Origin: a virus
Strand: one strand, 5' to 3'
Length of the DNA: 64,000 nt
Virus record (IMG/VR): IMGVR_UViG_3300036715_001140
Location: 82,794 to 146,793 of that record
The position numbers and the translations under genes were made by a program. Position 1 is the stretch's first letter; each line of letters starts with the position of its first letter. The notes below the pieces were generated by a model. The model saw only the letters and a list, made by a program, of their open reading frames with translations. It searched no databases and was not told where the DNA came from. Shown here piece by piece: positions 30,029-39,549 of this stretch.

Positions 30029-32735
30029 AACAATTTCTACATTCTACTGGTAGATTAGCTTTAAAGTTTTTAACAATTTTCTTTATCTGATAATTGTAAT
30101 CGTCTAAGTCTCTTTTAGACATATACTTTCCATCTCTTTTTATACGAAAAGAGAATCCATCTTCAGTTTTAGAGATAATTAGTTTTCTATTATCAGACAT
30201 CACAAAAACTAACTTACCGTTATTTGTGACTTTAACTGTTTTAAACTTTCGGTTAGATAAATACTCTTGTACTATTTTTAAATCTAACATCAAAACTCCA
30301 ATTGGTCTAAAAGATTAAGACCATCTCTTTTCTGAAAATCCCAACACCTTTGAAGTTCATCCTTTAAAGGAAATCCAGTAGGAAATAAAAAAGCCAAGTC
30401 TTTAAGTGTAAAAAGATCTTCATTAGTAATAGTCCCTTTTATGTAATATAAGTACATGATCAATGTACCTATATTATTAGATAAGATAATAAGGAACAAT
30501 ATAACGTATGGTGAAAGATTCAGTTTTATATTTTTACTTATAGTGTAGATAGATAAAAACTCTTTTATCTCTATTTTCATCTTTTCTACTACGTCTTCAA
30601 GAAAGTCATGATCTTTTTCTTCTAGTATAGAGCATTGGATAAATGTAATAGAAAGATCATCTGATAGTTTTCCAACTTTTAAATCCTTAAATTCTTGGAG
30701 CCATATTCTAAAATGAGTCTGTTTATCCAATACTTGTGATAACTCATGGTTCATCTGTATCTCCAATAATTAAAGATTTAATATCTGACGGTAATTTTTT
30801 TACTGAGTGTTTTTCACCATATCTAGACACCTGTGATGTAATCCAATTCTTTATTTGTTCTGTAGAAGTTAATTGAGATTGCTCTGTTAATTCTATCTCT
30901 GACAACCAAGGAAATTGTGCTAGAATAAAAGGTCTACATAAAACACTAGCTCTAGGAACCATAGATATTGGCACATCTGTAGAAAATAAATAATCCATAA
31001 ACTCTTTAGTACCTAAAATAAGTTTAGGACTATACAACCTACCTGTAGATACGGTAAGTAAATCTCCCAAATGAAATTCTTTTTGTTGTTCCTCATTTGT
31101 TGAACTTTTAGTATTATTGTTGTAGGACATTTACTTTTCTCCAGTCTTTAAGAGAAGATATGATCTTTCTGCAAGTTTACATTTACGACTACGATAAAAA
31201 CATGTAACAAATTTTTGTTTTGACATTAAGGTTAATTGATCATCAAAAAGAGTACAAAAACCTGTAGGCAGATCATAAGCATTTTCAGCTATTGTAACTT
31301 TAAGTTTAGAACATGAACCACAAGTTTCTTTAGAACATGGAATACTATATACTATCTTCATTAGTCATCTCCTAGCTATTACAATTTATACATCCACGTA
31401 TTCCATTATGACTGAATATTACTTTTATACCAGTAAATTCTTCTTCAATCTTCTCAAGAAGAGCAGGATTGGTTAAAATTACTGCTATAGCTTCAACTAG
31501 ATTTAATGACTTAGTTATTCTTGAAATCCATTGGTTAAATATCTTTACATCCTTATTTTTTCCAGCCACTGTAAATATTAAGTTAGAACTTGAAGATCCT
31601 GAGTGTTTAGTAGTCATTTTTAATCTCCTTTAGTATAACTGTAGGTTTATTGGTTTTTATCTTAATAACGGATTTATTTACCTTTGGTAAAACAAAAGCT
31701 TTAAACTCTACACCAGAACCTTTATACGGTTGATTATTAATGGCCTTATAAAAAGAACTTTCTTCGATACCCAATACTTTTAATGGTCCATTAACTTGTA
31801 CTGTAATCTTATCCTGTTTTAATACTCCAGAAGATTCTCCACAACGACAAGACCTCACATCTGTAATTAGTTTAAATACATCATAACACTTTAAGCAATA
31901 TGCAAGTTTCATTTTTTTAGCCTCTTTCTTTCATTTTAGCGTTAAGTTCTTGTTTGAATTTATTTGTAACAGGTTTAGGTTCTACATCAGATTTAAGTTT
32001 GAAAGTTAATTTATATTCCATAGCTGTTGGTCGAATTTGAGTATGTGTCTCTACTATACATAATCCAAATCTGTTGGCAATATCCTCAGAGATATTTTTT
32101 ATATCTTCATTTAATATTGACAACTCCGATGTTCCAAATTGCTTAAATTCATGATGTCCGACAACAGGTCTTTTAGTACTAACTGTTTCGTCTTGAACTT
32201 TAAGATTCAATAGTGATCGTGCTACATTGTAACACTTTGTACATAATCCTCCTGTTTTATAACCATCCTTTAAAGATACACCGTATAGTGTAATATCTTT
32301 GTGTGGAAATGATTTACCACAACAGTCACAAATTAGTTTTGTTGCATCAGACTTACAGATATTAACTACTCCATTGGTATTGTCTATTTCTTTAAAACAT
32401 CTAAATGGTGCTAAACCTCCGCATTTTGTGGCGTAAGTAAAATGATACTTATCACCATGTTTGAAATTAACTTTTACTACAGTTCCATCAATATTAGAGT
32501 TGCAATACTGTAGTTGCATAATTTTGTTAGAGATGTCTGGTTCAATTTGAAACAAAAGATTTGATTTAGTCCATTTTATCTGAGACAATGGAAGAACTAT
32601 TACTTCTTTGGTAACTTTATTCCTGAGTGAATAACCGGAACTTGATACTTTTACTACTTTCATACGACTGTCATCTAACATTATAACTTTCATTCCCAAA
32701 TGCTCTTCATGATGCTTCTTCATCCTAGCCTCCAA
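30006..32735 (-). CDS. run of seven small hypothetical genes (30006-30293, 30290-30766, 30744-31130, 31131-31361, 31372-31617, 31607-31912, 31917-32735), several with CxxC motifs
   Basis: tightly packed, overlapping co-oriented ORFs with RBSs. Confidence 0.6.
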
Positions 32736-33005
32736 AGATTTTTAGCGTATGTTACTACAACTCCGACATTGTCTTTTTAATATGTACTATTCTAGTATTA
32801 TGATAATCTATCTTCTTCTTCTTACTTAGACTAAACTTAATTTGTGTTTTAATCTTTTGTTCCAAAATATCTACTGTTTCTTCTTATAAAGATAATCCAA
32901 TGTTACTCTGTAAACAAGCAAACTTAATCCAAGCTGTAGCATGAGTATTTTCGGATTGATAGCAAATACATTCATAATACCTTACTTTAGCTGGTTACTA
33001 AAGAC

Positions 33006-33662
33006 CTATTCAAATATTTGATTCACCTTATCTACATAATCTTGAAGATACATATTATATCTTGTATTATTATACTTTTTCATGATAGCCTTTATAGCTT
33101 CTTTCTTAGTATAAGAGCTACATCCTATTTGAACTTTAGTAAGGTCATCCTTATAAATAATAATAGCTCTATTATTAGTACCGCAATAGTACACTATTTT
33201 ATGAATCAACCTGGTATCTTTATTTACTTTATCTTTGAACTCCCTTATAAATTCTTCTGATAACTTTTGATATTTAGATATGTAATACCAATCTACTTTA
33301 TCTTTAAACTCCCTTATAAATTCTTCTGATAGCTTTTGATAATTAGATATACAGTTCCAATCTACTTTATCTTTAAACTCCCTTATAAATTCTTCTGATA
33401 GCTTTTGATAATTAGATATATAATACCAATTTACTATATCTTTAAACTCCCTTATAAATTCTTCTGATAACTTTTGGTATATAGATATACAATACCAATT
33501 TACTTTAGTCCTAAACTCCCTTATAAATTCTTCTGATAGAATTTGACATTTAGATATATAATACCAATCTATGCTATTCTTATCTTTAATCCTTTTTATA
33601 TATTCTATCTTGTTATTACTTTTACTAAATCCTTGTTCAGTAAACTTAGGTATTGCCCTCAT
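33006..33662 (-). CDS. Trp-repeat protein, five 23-aa repeats (LSEEFIREFKDKVDWYYISKYQK)
   Basis: ~69-bp tandem repeats at ~33220-33575. Confidence 0.8.
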   Translation of the reverse strand: MRAIPKFTEQGFSKSNNKIEYIKRIKDKNSIDWYYISKCQILSEEFIREFRTKVNWYCISIYQKLSEEFIREFKDIVNWYYISNYQKLSEEFIREFKDKVDWNCISNYQKLSEEFIREFKDKVDWYYISKYQKLSEEFIREFKDKVNKDTRLIHKIVYYCGTNNRAIIIYKDDLTKVQIGCSSYTKKEAIKAIMKKYNNTRYNMYLQDYVDKVNQIFE

Positions 33663-34288
33663 AAATTGTTCTCCTTATTATTGTCAGTAGGCAAAAAAGA
33701 CTCAAACTTTTTTGAGGAAATCCTAATACAGCTGCTTAATTCAAAGGCAATAGTATAGTCTTTAGTCTGTAAGCGTGAATTATCTTTAATGTGTACCCAC
33801 TGTCCTCGCCGAAATGCTGCGGAAGTATTACGTACTCCGTATACTTCTAGTTTACCAGATTCAAGTAGTTGTAAAACTCTATGTGCAGTAGTAGTAAAGG
33901 CAACTTCTGTTTTAAGCAGATAATAAAGATTATTGCCAAGATAGTGTATTGGAACAAGAATGGGCTTGTTTGTTACAACCTTGTTAGGCTCTTTACTATA
34001 AGTAGCGGGAGTTAAAGTCAACTTATGAGGAACCGAAAGCTTTTCAAAAGTAGTATTAGTATTTATTGCCCCAATAGAAGTGAGATTGTCAGCTACCTTT
34101 GGGTAGGCTTCAACAGCAAGTGCTGTCTTGACTGCTAACTCCAGTCTTTTACCTGTTTCTTTATACAAACCTGTTAAAATAGAGCCAGTAGTAGAATCAA
34201 CTTTTTGATCAAGTACTGCCTGCATTACTGTTCGTATTTCAGTAAACTCTTTCATTATGGGACTGCTAGTAACAATATTCGTAAACAT
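33659..34288 (-). CDS. hypothetical protein
   Basis: AGGAGA RBS before MFTNIV at 34288. Confidence 0.55.
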   Translation of the reverse strand: MFTNIVTSSPIMKEFTEIRTVMQAVLDQKVDSTTGSILTGLYKETGKRLELAVKTALAVEAYPKVADNLTSIGAINTNTTFEKLSVPHKLTLTPATYSKEPNKVVTNKPILVPIHYLGNNLYYLLKTEVAFTTTAHRVLQLLESGKLEVYGVRNTSAAFRRGQWVHIKDNSRLQTKDYTIAFELSSCIRISSKKFESFLPTDNNKENNL

Positions 34289-34477
34289 TATACTTCTCCT
34301 TTCTGGTTGTAGGCTCAACTGCTTAAGATCTCGTTTTATTAACAGACTAATCCTTTTCATTTGTATTACCTCTTTAGAGGGTTCAACACAAGATGTCTAT
34401 TTAAGTATCCTACGGATATAAGCATCTGAAAGTTCTCGTATGCTATTTAAGGTCAGTTTCTTTTTAACCTCCATAGC

Positions 34478-34738
34478 CTACTCCTCATCCTCACTGAGTT
34501 CAGCAACCAACTTTTTAATAGCTTTTTGTACCTTAGCAGCTTGCTCAAGAGTAAAACTTTTACATGGAGCTATAATGCTAGTTCCATCTTTCTTTGTTAT
34601 TTTTGTTTTTATACTGATCTTAACTTCTCCGCCATCATAAGAATATGCTTCTACCAGAATCTTGGATGAATCACTAATTTTAATAGGTTTGCTAGTAGCT
34701 AGTACTTTATGCTTTTTACTGTCCCAGTTTGAAGCCAT
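34478..34738 (-). CDS. small basic protein, possible PC4-like ssDNA-binding fold
   Basis: YSYDGGEVKISI motif; AGGAG RBS. Confidence 0.55.
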   Translation of the reverse strand: MASNWDSKKHKVLATSKPIKISDSSKILVEAYSYDGGEVKISIKTKITKKDGTSIIAPCKSFTLEQAAKVQKAIKKLVAELSEDEE

Positions 34739-34749
34739 TTTAGTCTCCT

Positions 34750-34917
34750 TTAGACCCTAAGAATTGAAGGTAATGATAATTGCTTTTCTATCATTTTTCT
34801 TACCTGTCGATAATTATGCCATGTAATTAAAGAGTATGTTGGGTCTTTAGCATGAATACAACCAGTATTCTCTTTTGCACCACATTGAGCGCATACCCAT
34901 GTCAAGTCTTTTGGCAT
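34750..34917 (-). CDS. 55-aa CxxC protein (MPKDLTWVCAQCGAK...)
   Basis: AAGGAGG RBS; TAATG overlap with upstream ORF; not in ORF track. Confidence 0.6.
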   Translation of the reverse strand: MPKDLTWVCAQCGAKENTGCIHAKDPTYSLITWHNYRQVRKMIEKQLSLPSILRV

Positions 34918-35242
34918 TATTTTTTAACCTCCTTTCTTTTAGATTTGTTGGCATTAAGTTTCTTATGCAACTCTTTACCATAAAAGCAATTAATGTCAGA
35001 GTGGTCATAAGCATAGCCAGAAATATACCATTGACCGGAGCTGTTAATTCCAAGCCTAGCTCCGCTTGATAGTAATATCTCATTGTTATTAAGATACACT
35101 TCAGCATACAGAAGTATTTTGTTTTTAAACAAACGATAGGATCAATTTTTCTTGCTTCATTTAAGATATATGAGAGGGGTGTTTCAAGATGAGACTTTAG
35201 GAGGGCAATTGCTTTTTGCTTGGAGATCATCTTCACATTCAT
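34917..35242 (-). CDS. hypothetical gene split over two frames at T-TTA-AAA (35129-35123)
   Basis: 0-frame N-terminus (MISKQKAI...) and -1-frame C-terminus (FKNKILL...EVKK*). Confidence 0.45.
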
Positions 35243-35327
35243 TTTCCTATCCTTTCTACAACTAAAAGAAAGTTTTGGAAAAATATCATCAACTCTTATT
35301 CAATTTTATATGATATTTCCCTGTTTC

Positions 35328-35356
35328 AGTTTATCATAAATATAAATAAATGTCAA
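35328..35356 (-). promoter_or_regulatory. sigma70 promoter with extended -10
   Basis: TTGACA-N17-TAAACT preceded by TG; AAGAGTTG boxes at 35372-35379 and 35290-35297. Confidence 0.75.
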
Positions 35357-35433
35357 ATATCAATTTTTGCACAACTCTTTGTTGTGCAATCTACATCTTT
35401 TAAAAAGTATGTATTTAAATTTATTAGGTTTTA

Positions 35434-35510
<77 letters not shown>

Positions 35511-35526
35511 ATTTTCTGATTATAAG

Positions 35527-35673
35527 TTACCTAACATGTTTGTGTGTGTCCGTGATCTTATGCATAAATTGATTCCAAAGAATCAGAGGTTTTGATAAAC
35601 CTTTAAAGCCATTCATTTTCGTAAAATTACCTTTTACTTTACGAGCTTCTTTTGTTTCTTTAGCTTTCGCCAT
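35527..35673 (-). CDS. 48-aa basic protein (MAKAKETKEARKVKG...)
   Basis: GGAG RBS + ATG; not in ORF track. Confidence 0.55.
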   Translation of the reverse strand: MAKAKETKEARKVKGNFTKMNGFKGLSKPLILWNQFMHKITDTHKHVR

Positions 35674-35787
35674 TTTTAATCTCCATTTCTTATGATTTAA
35701 TTACTGAATTAAGATACTCTTGAAATCCGAATACTGCTTTGCCCAATCTACTAATTCAGGATTCCTCATGTAAATAATTTTTAGTTT

Positions 35788-36174
35788 TCATAACCATATC
35801 CCCATTTCTTTGTCAGTCCATAAAGAAGCATGAATTACAGATTTAGTATCTCTAAATCTAAGAGCCAGAAATTGCATTGGACCACTTGACCAAGGTTCAG
35901 CTTGAAGAAACTCTTCAACAGTAGACCCATTGTGCATGAAATATTGTTTTAGAATATGAGAATCTTCATCAAACATACCTTTAAGTACATTTGGAGTATC
36001 TTCTGAGTCTAATATACTCCTTTTAACTTTAGGTAAGATCTCATGCTTAATTACGTTACCATCTTTATCTAGATAGTCTCTTGTAGTTGTTTCAACATAC
36101 TCAATCTTACGACAATGCTTTTGTAACCAGCGCTTAGCTTTTTCTGTTAATCCGATGAATTGTGTGCAACGCAT
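35788..36174 (-). CDS. hypothetical phage protein (MRCTQFIGL...EFLQAEPWSSGP)
   Basis: AAGGAGG RBS. Confidence 0.7.
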   Translation of the reverse strand: MRCTQFIGLTEKAKRWLQKHCRKIEYVETTTRDYLDKDGNVIKHEILPKVKRSILDSEDTPNVLKGMFDEDSHILKQYFMHNGSTVEEFLQAEPWSSGPMQFLALRFRDTKSVIHASLWTDKEMGIWL

Positions 36175-36250
36175 GAGTTGGTCGCCTCCTTTTAGGAATT
36201 AGTAGATCGAATGAACGCTCGATCTGATGCGTTTTACTCTTGAAAAAATA

Positions 36251-36327
36251 TGGTGGGCCTTCAGTGATTTGAACACTGTACCGTCCGGTTATGAGCCGGA
36301 TGCTCTAGCCAATTGAGCTAAAGGCCC
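36251..36327 (-). tRNA. tRNA with CAU anticodon, Ile2-like (otherwise Met)
   Basis: cloverleaf GGGCCTTTAGCTCA...CCGGCT-CAT-AACCGG...ACCA. Confidence 0.9.
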
Positions 36328-36374
36328 TGATAAGTTGCTCTGGTTACAAAGGATGAGAATGTAAACTTATAACT

Positions 36375-36713
36375 TGGTGCGGGTGGCGAGACTCGAACTC
36401 GCACAGCCTTTCAGCCGAGGGATTTTAAGCATGTATGTCTGAAAGTTTCCAATCAGCATGGACTATATCTTTACCGCTTAAATTTGATTTAAGTACGGTA
36501 GTGGGCGCTCTAGCCTGTTATTAAGAACACTATAGTTCTCAGGTAGTCTCTGCACCTTCTGTAGTTGTAACTACAGCTTGGCTCAGGGTTAGCATATCTA
36601 CATAATATAGACTTAGCCTTCTCTGAGTTCACCCACAGTTTACTCAACTATTACTAATTGAGGGGGACTAACTTTCTGGTCTTCCCTTGTGTCTGCCATT
36701 CCACCACACCCGC
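36375..36713 (-). tRNA. tRNA-Leu(UAA), intron-containing (exons 36713-36683 and 36429-36375)
   Basis: joined exons give stem AGGGA/TCCCT, loop CT-TAA-AA, long variable arm, CCA. Confidence 0.9.
36430..36682 (-). mobile_element. 253-nt group I intron, ORF-less
   Basis: P GAACTCAGAGAA, Q AACCCTGAGCCAAG, R GTGCAGAGACTA, S AAGATATAGTCC, P3 GTGGGTG/CGCCCAC, terminal G. Confidence 0.92.
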
Positions 36714-36721
36714 ATGAAAAT

Positions 36722-36967
36722 TACGATTTAATCAGATAATTTGAAGTTATCTCTAAATCTGATACCTTGAATAGCGGAGCTAATCCTATAAAACAAATAC
36801 AAGCGAGCCTATTTCACTCTAATCCACAAGGCGTGACAGCTAGTACTAGCTGGTGGAATTGCATTGTACTATTCCAACGAAACACTACATCGAGAGGTCA
36901 TGCTCGGAAAGATTAAGAAATGCCGTTTCATACCTCAAGTGCGGATTTCTACCGCCGGCATATTCTT
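36722..36967 (-). ncRNA. candidate ~245-nt multi-hairpin RNA upstream of tRNA-Leu(UAA)
   Basis: at least five stems including AAGAATATGCCG/CGGCATTTCTT and palindrome CAGCTAGTACTAGCTG; no credible ORF. Confidence 0.5.
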
Positions 36968-36981
36968 TATATCAACAGTGA

Positions 36982-37902
36982 TTAGTCTTCGTCATCATCA
37001 TCATCATCTTCTTCTTCGTCATCATCTTCTTCTTCGTCATCATCATCATCTTCGTCATCATCATCATCATCTTCATTCTCGTCATCGTCATCATCATCGT
37101 CTTCATCATCGTCTTCATCATCATCATCTTCTTCTTCTTCGTCATCATCATCTTCTACTACTTTTTTACCTTTACCTTTTTTAGCCGGCTTTTCATCTTC
37201 TTCTTCTTCATCCTCGTCATCATCTTCGTCTTCTTCTTCCTCTTCTTCCTCTTCTTTGTGCTTAGAGGATTTCTTTTCTGGACGAGCCTTCTTAGCCTTC
37301 TTTTCTACTTTTTCATCTACTTCAGCAGAAATATCAATATTAATACCTTCTGGTGATTCAGTGTTGACCAGAATAATCTCACCTTTCTTATTAACTACTT
37401 TGATAAAACCAGTAGTCTTATCTACAGTTGACTCTCCAGAAACTTCATAGACACAGTCAAAGCCTTTGAACAAGACTTCACCGTGACCACCTTCCTCACC
37501 CTCAATAACCAAGATATTCTTCATAGCGATATCACGCTTGATAGCTTTTGAACTCCGTGGCTTCTTATGGAGAAGAGTGAGTTTTTCAGAATCCATAGAA
37601 ACAATAGTACCAGAAAGTGAACAGATAGTAAATCCTGATACGGTAACATCAACTTCAGATCCTGAACCATTTTTAATCTTTTTAGCTTTTGATCCTTTGT
37701 TTTCTTTTGTTGCTGCTGACACTGAAGGTTTACGACCACGAGTTTTCTCTTCTTTTACTGGCTTGGACTTAGAAGCCTTTGCTGCCCTCTCTGCTGCTTT
37801 TTTAGCTTCTCTTTCTTTAGCAGCTTTCTTTGCTGCCCTCTCTGCTGCTTTAGCTTCCTTCTTCAGACGAGCTTCTTTTTCAGCTTTAGTTTCTCTTGCC
37901 AT
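36982..37902 (-). CDS. protein with K/A/E-rich N-terminus, beta-rich core and long Asp/Glu tail
   Basis: AGGAGG RBS; low-complexity GAT/GAA/GAC repeats 36985-37255. Confidence 0.8.
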   Translation of the reverse strand: MARETKAEKEARLKKEAKAAERAAKKAAKEREAKKAAERAAKASKSKPVKEEKTRGRKPSVSAATKENKGSKAKKIKNGSGSEVDVTVSGFTICSLSGTIVSMDSEKLTLLHKKPRSSKAIKRDIAMKNILVIEGEEGGHGEVLFKGFDCVYEVSGESTVDKTTGFIKVVNKKGEIILVNTESPEGINIDISAEVDEKVEKKAKKARPEKKSSKHKEEEEEEEEDEDDDEDEEEEDEKPAKKGKGKKVVEDDDDEEEEDDDDEDDDEDDDDDDDENEDDDDDDEDDDDDEEEDDDEEEDDDDDDED

Positions 37903-38039
37903 TTTTACATCCTCCTGTGATTTTTCTCAGTTCTTACTGAGAATTGTTTAGTGTGAACAACTCTAGTTTTCTTTACCAGCAGAATAAAACAATAATAATC
38001 TCGCTACATTTAATATTAACAGTTTTAGTTATTGTTAAT

Positions 38040-38882
38040 TTATTCTACAGTCTCCTCTCTTACTTTTTTATTTGAAACCTCAGTTTTAGCTTTAACTTCT
38101 AAACAAAAATATGATCCATCTCTATTTTGATAAGTATGAGCACCTTCAATTACTTTCTTTGGTATGTAAGAATTGTCCAGTCTCTCCGATATGTCTTCGC
38201 ATTCTACCTTAGTTTGATCAATAACTACAATCCTAAGTAATTGAACTTTAATCTCTGAGTTATTTAAATCCAGTGGCTTTGTACCTTGTATATTTACAAT
38301 TATGTCATTTTCAACAACTGGTACTAATGCCTGGTTTTTACTATTATTTAGATCTCCTTGTTGTTTTATGAAAATCGCTCTTTTCAGTTGTCTTTTAGAG
38401 TTTAATACATAACGACAACTAAATAGATTTGACATTGAACCACCACCTACACCAATTACAGGAATCTTTGTAGCCGTTCTTTGAATATCAAAGAACACCG
38501 GTGGTTTTTTAATCTTTAAGAACTCTTCTTTTACTAACATATCCACATACTTTGTATTACCTATTTCTACGCCGTATGAGATTGCTTTAAACTCTACTAT
38601 CGACTTATTCTCTGCATCTTCCGAATTTGAATTATAACTAATTAGTGCATTACACATTTTTCGCAATGCTTCTAAAGAGCTAAACTCAAGTATAACAACT
38701 GAACAACTCGGGTCTAGTTCATTAAATTGAATTTCAAGGATACTCTCAAGATCAAAAGTAGGACTAATGGACTTAAGGTATTCAGGATTAGTTATAACTA
38801 AAATATTCTTATTACTAAAAAATTCCTGTTTAACATAGTTGTCAATTATGTTTTGCTTTGTTAAAATACTTATGTTAGGCAT
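38040..38882 (-). CDS. hypothetical protein
   Basis: GGAGG RBS. Confidence 0.65.
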   Translation of the reverse strand: MPNISILTKQNIIDNYVKQEFFSNKNILVITNPEYLKSISPTFDLESILEIQFNELDPSCSVVILEFSSLEALRKMCNALISYNSNSEDAENKSIVEFKAISYGVEIGNTKYVDMLVKEEFLKIKKPPVFFDIQRTATKIPVIGVGGGSMSNLFSCRYVLNSKRQLKRAIFIKQQGDLNNSKNQALVPVVENDIIVNIQGTKPLDLNNSEIKVQLLRIVVIDQTKVECEDISERLDNSYIPKKVIEGAHTYQNRDGSYFCLEVKAKTEVSNKKVREETVE

Positions 38883-38912
38883 ATTACCTCCAAAAAGATT
38901 AAAACTAAATTT

Positions 38913-38941
38913 AATAGAGGGGACACTTTATCCCCTCTATT
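38913..38941 (-). terminator. hairpin, probable terminator
   Basis: ATAGAGGGGA/TCCCCTCTAT. Confidence 0.6.
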
Positions 38942-38968
38942 GTAAGATCAAACAATATCTAATTCTTA

Positions 38969-39481
38969 TTACTTCTTAGACTTCTTAGACTTCTTATCTT
39001 TCTTTACAGATTCAGTCTTTTCAGTCTTACGAACTTTTGCTGAAGCCTTGTCAGTTTTATCAGTGGCTTTAGCCTGTGCTGCAACCATAGAATCTACTAC
39101 AGCTTTAACGTAAGGCAGCTTTGCTGCTTTTACTAGCTTCATAAAGGCCTTTCCAACAAGCTCAGAAACCTCGGCATTGAAGATAGTTTCAACTCCGCTT
39201 TGGATAGCTTTCTTGTCAGCTTTCTTTCCAGGAGTAAACAACTTACCAGCTTTCTTAGCAGCCTTTTCAATATCAGAAACTTGAACAGTAAGAACCAAAG
39301 CAGCTTCTTTATTAACTTCTTTACCTACATGGGCATTCTCTTTCTTTTCTTTCTTTTCTTTCTTGTCTTTCTTCATTGACCTTTCACCTTCTTTCTTTTT
39401 AGTTTTAACTTCTACTGCTTGTGCTTTTGCCTCTGGTGCTGCTGATGCCGCACCAACAACTTTCTTCTTGTCTTTCTCCAT
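38969..39481 (-). CDS. Lys/Ala-rich histone-H1-like protein
   Basis: composition; AGGAG RBS. Confidence 0.7.
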   Translation of the reverse strand: MEKDKKKVVGAASAAPEAKAQAVEVKTKKKEGERSMKKDKKEKKEKKENAHVGKEVNKEAALVLTVQVSDIEKAAKKAGKLFTPGKKADKKAIQSGVETIFNAEVSELVGKAFMKLVKAAKLPYVKAVVDSMVAAQAKATDKTDKASAKVRKTEKTESVKKDKKSKKSKK

Positions 39482-39549
39482 CTTGATGTTTCTCCTTTCT
39501 GATAGTAGTACACTATAGTGTACTCTTAATTTTATAATAATTAACAGTT

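Noticed and set aside
32736-33005. Gap containing a stop-interrupted reading frame
   Set aside because: No recognisable homology or structure; probably a gene remnant
33220-33575. Regular repeats resembling a CRISPR array or DGR template
   Set aside because: 69-bp in-frame coding repeats without unique spacers; no cas or reverse transcriptase gene in the window
3462-34474. TAG recoding: three small ORFs (start 3584, start ~4002, start 34474) continue in frame past a TAG
   Set aside because: Conserved genes (YqeY, TopIB-like, HslV-like) and the tmRNA tag end properly at TAG, long genes are uninterrupted in code 11, and there is no suppressor tRNA in the window; these look like decayed genes
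36864-37951. Plus-strand ORFs 36864-37184 (poly-His), 37256-37450 and 37538-37951
   Set aside because: Antisense shadows of the low-complexity minus-strand gene
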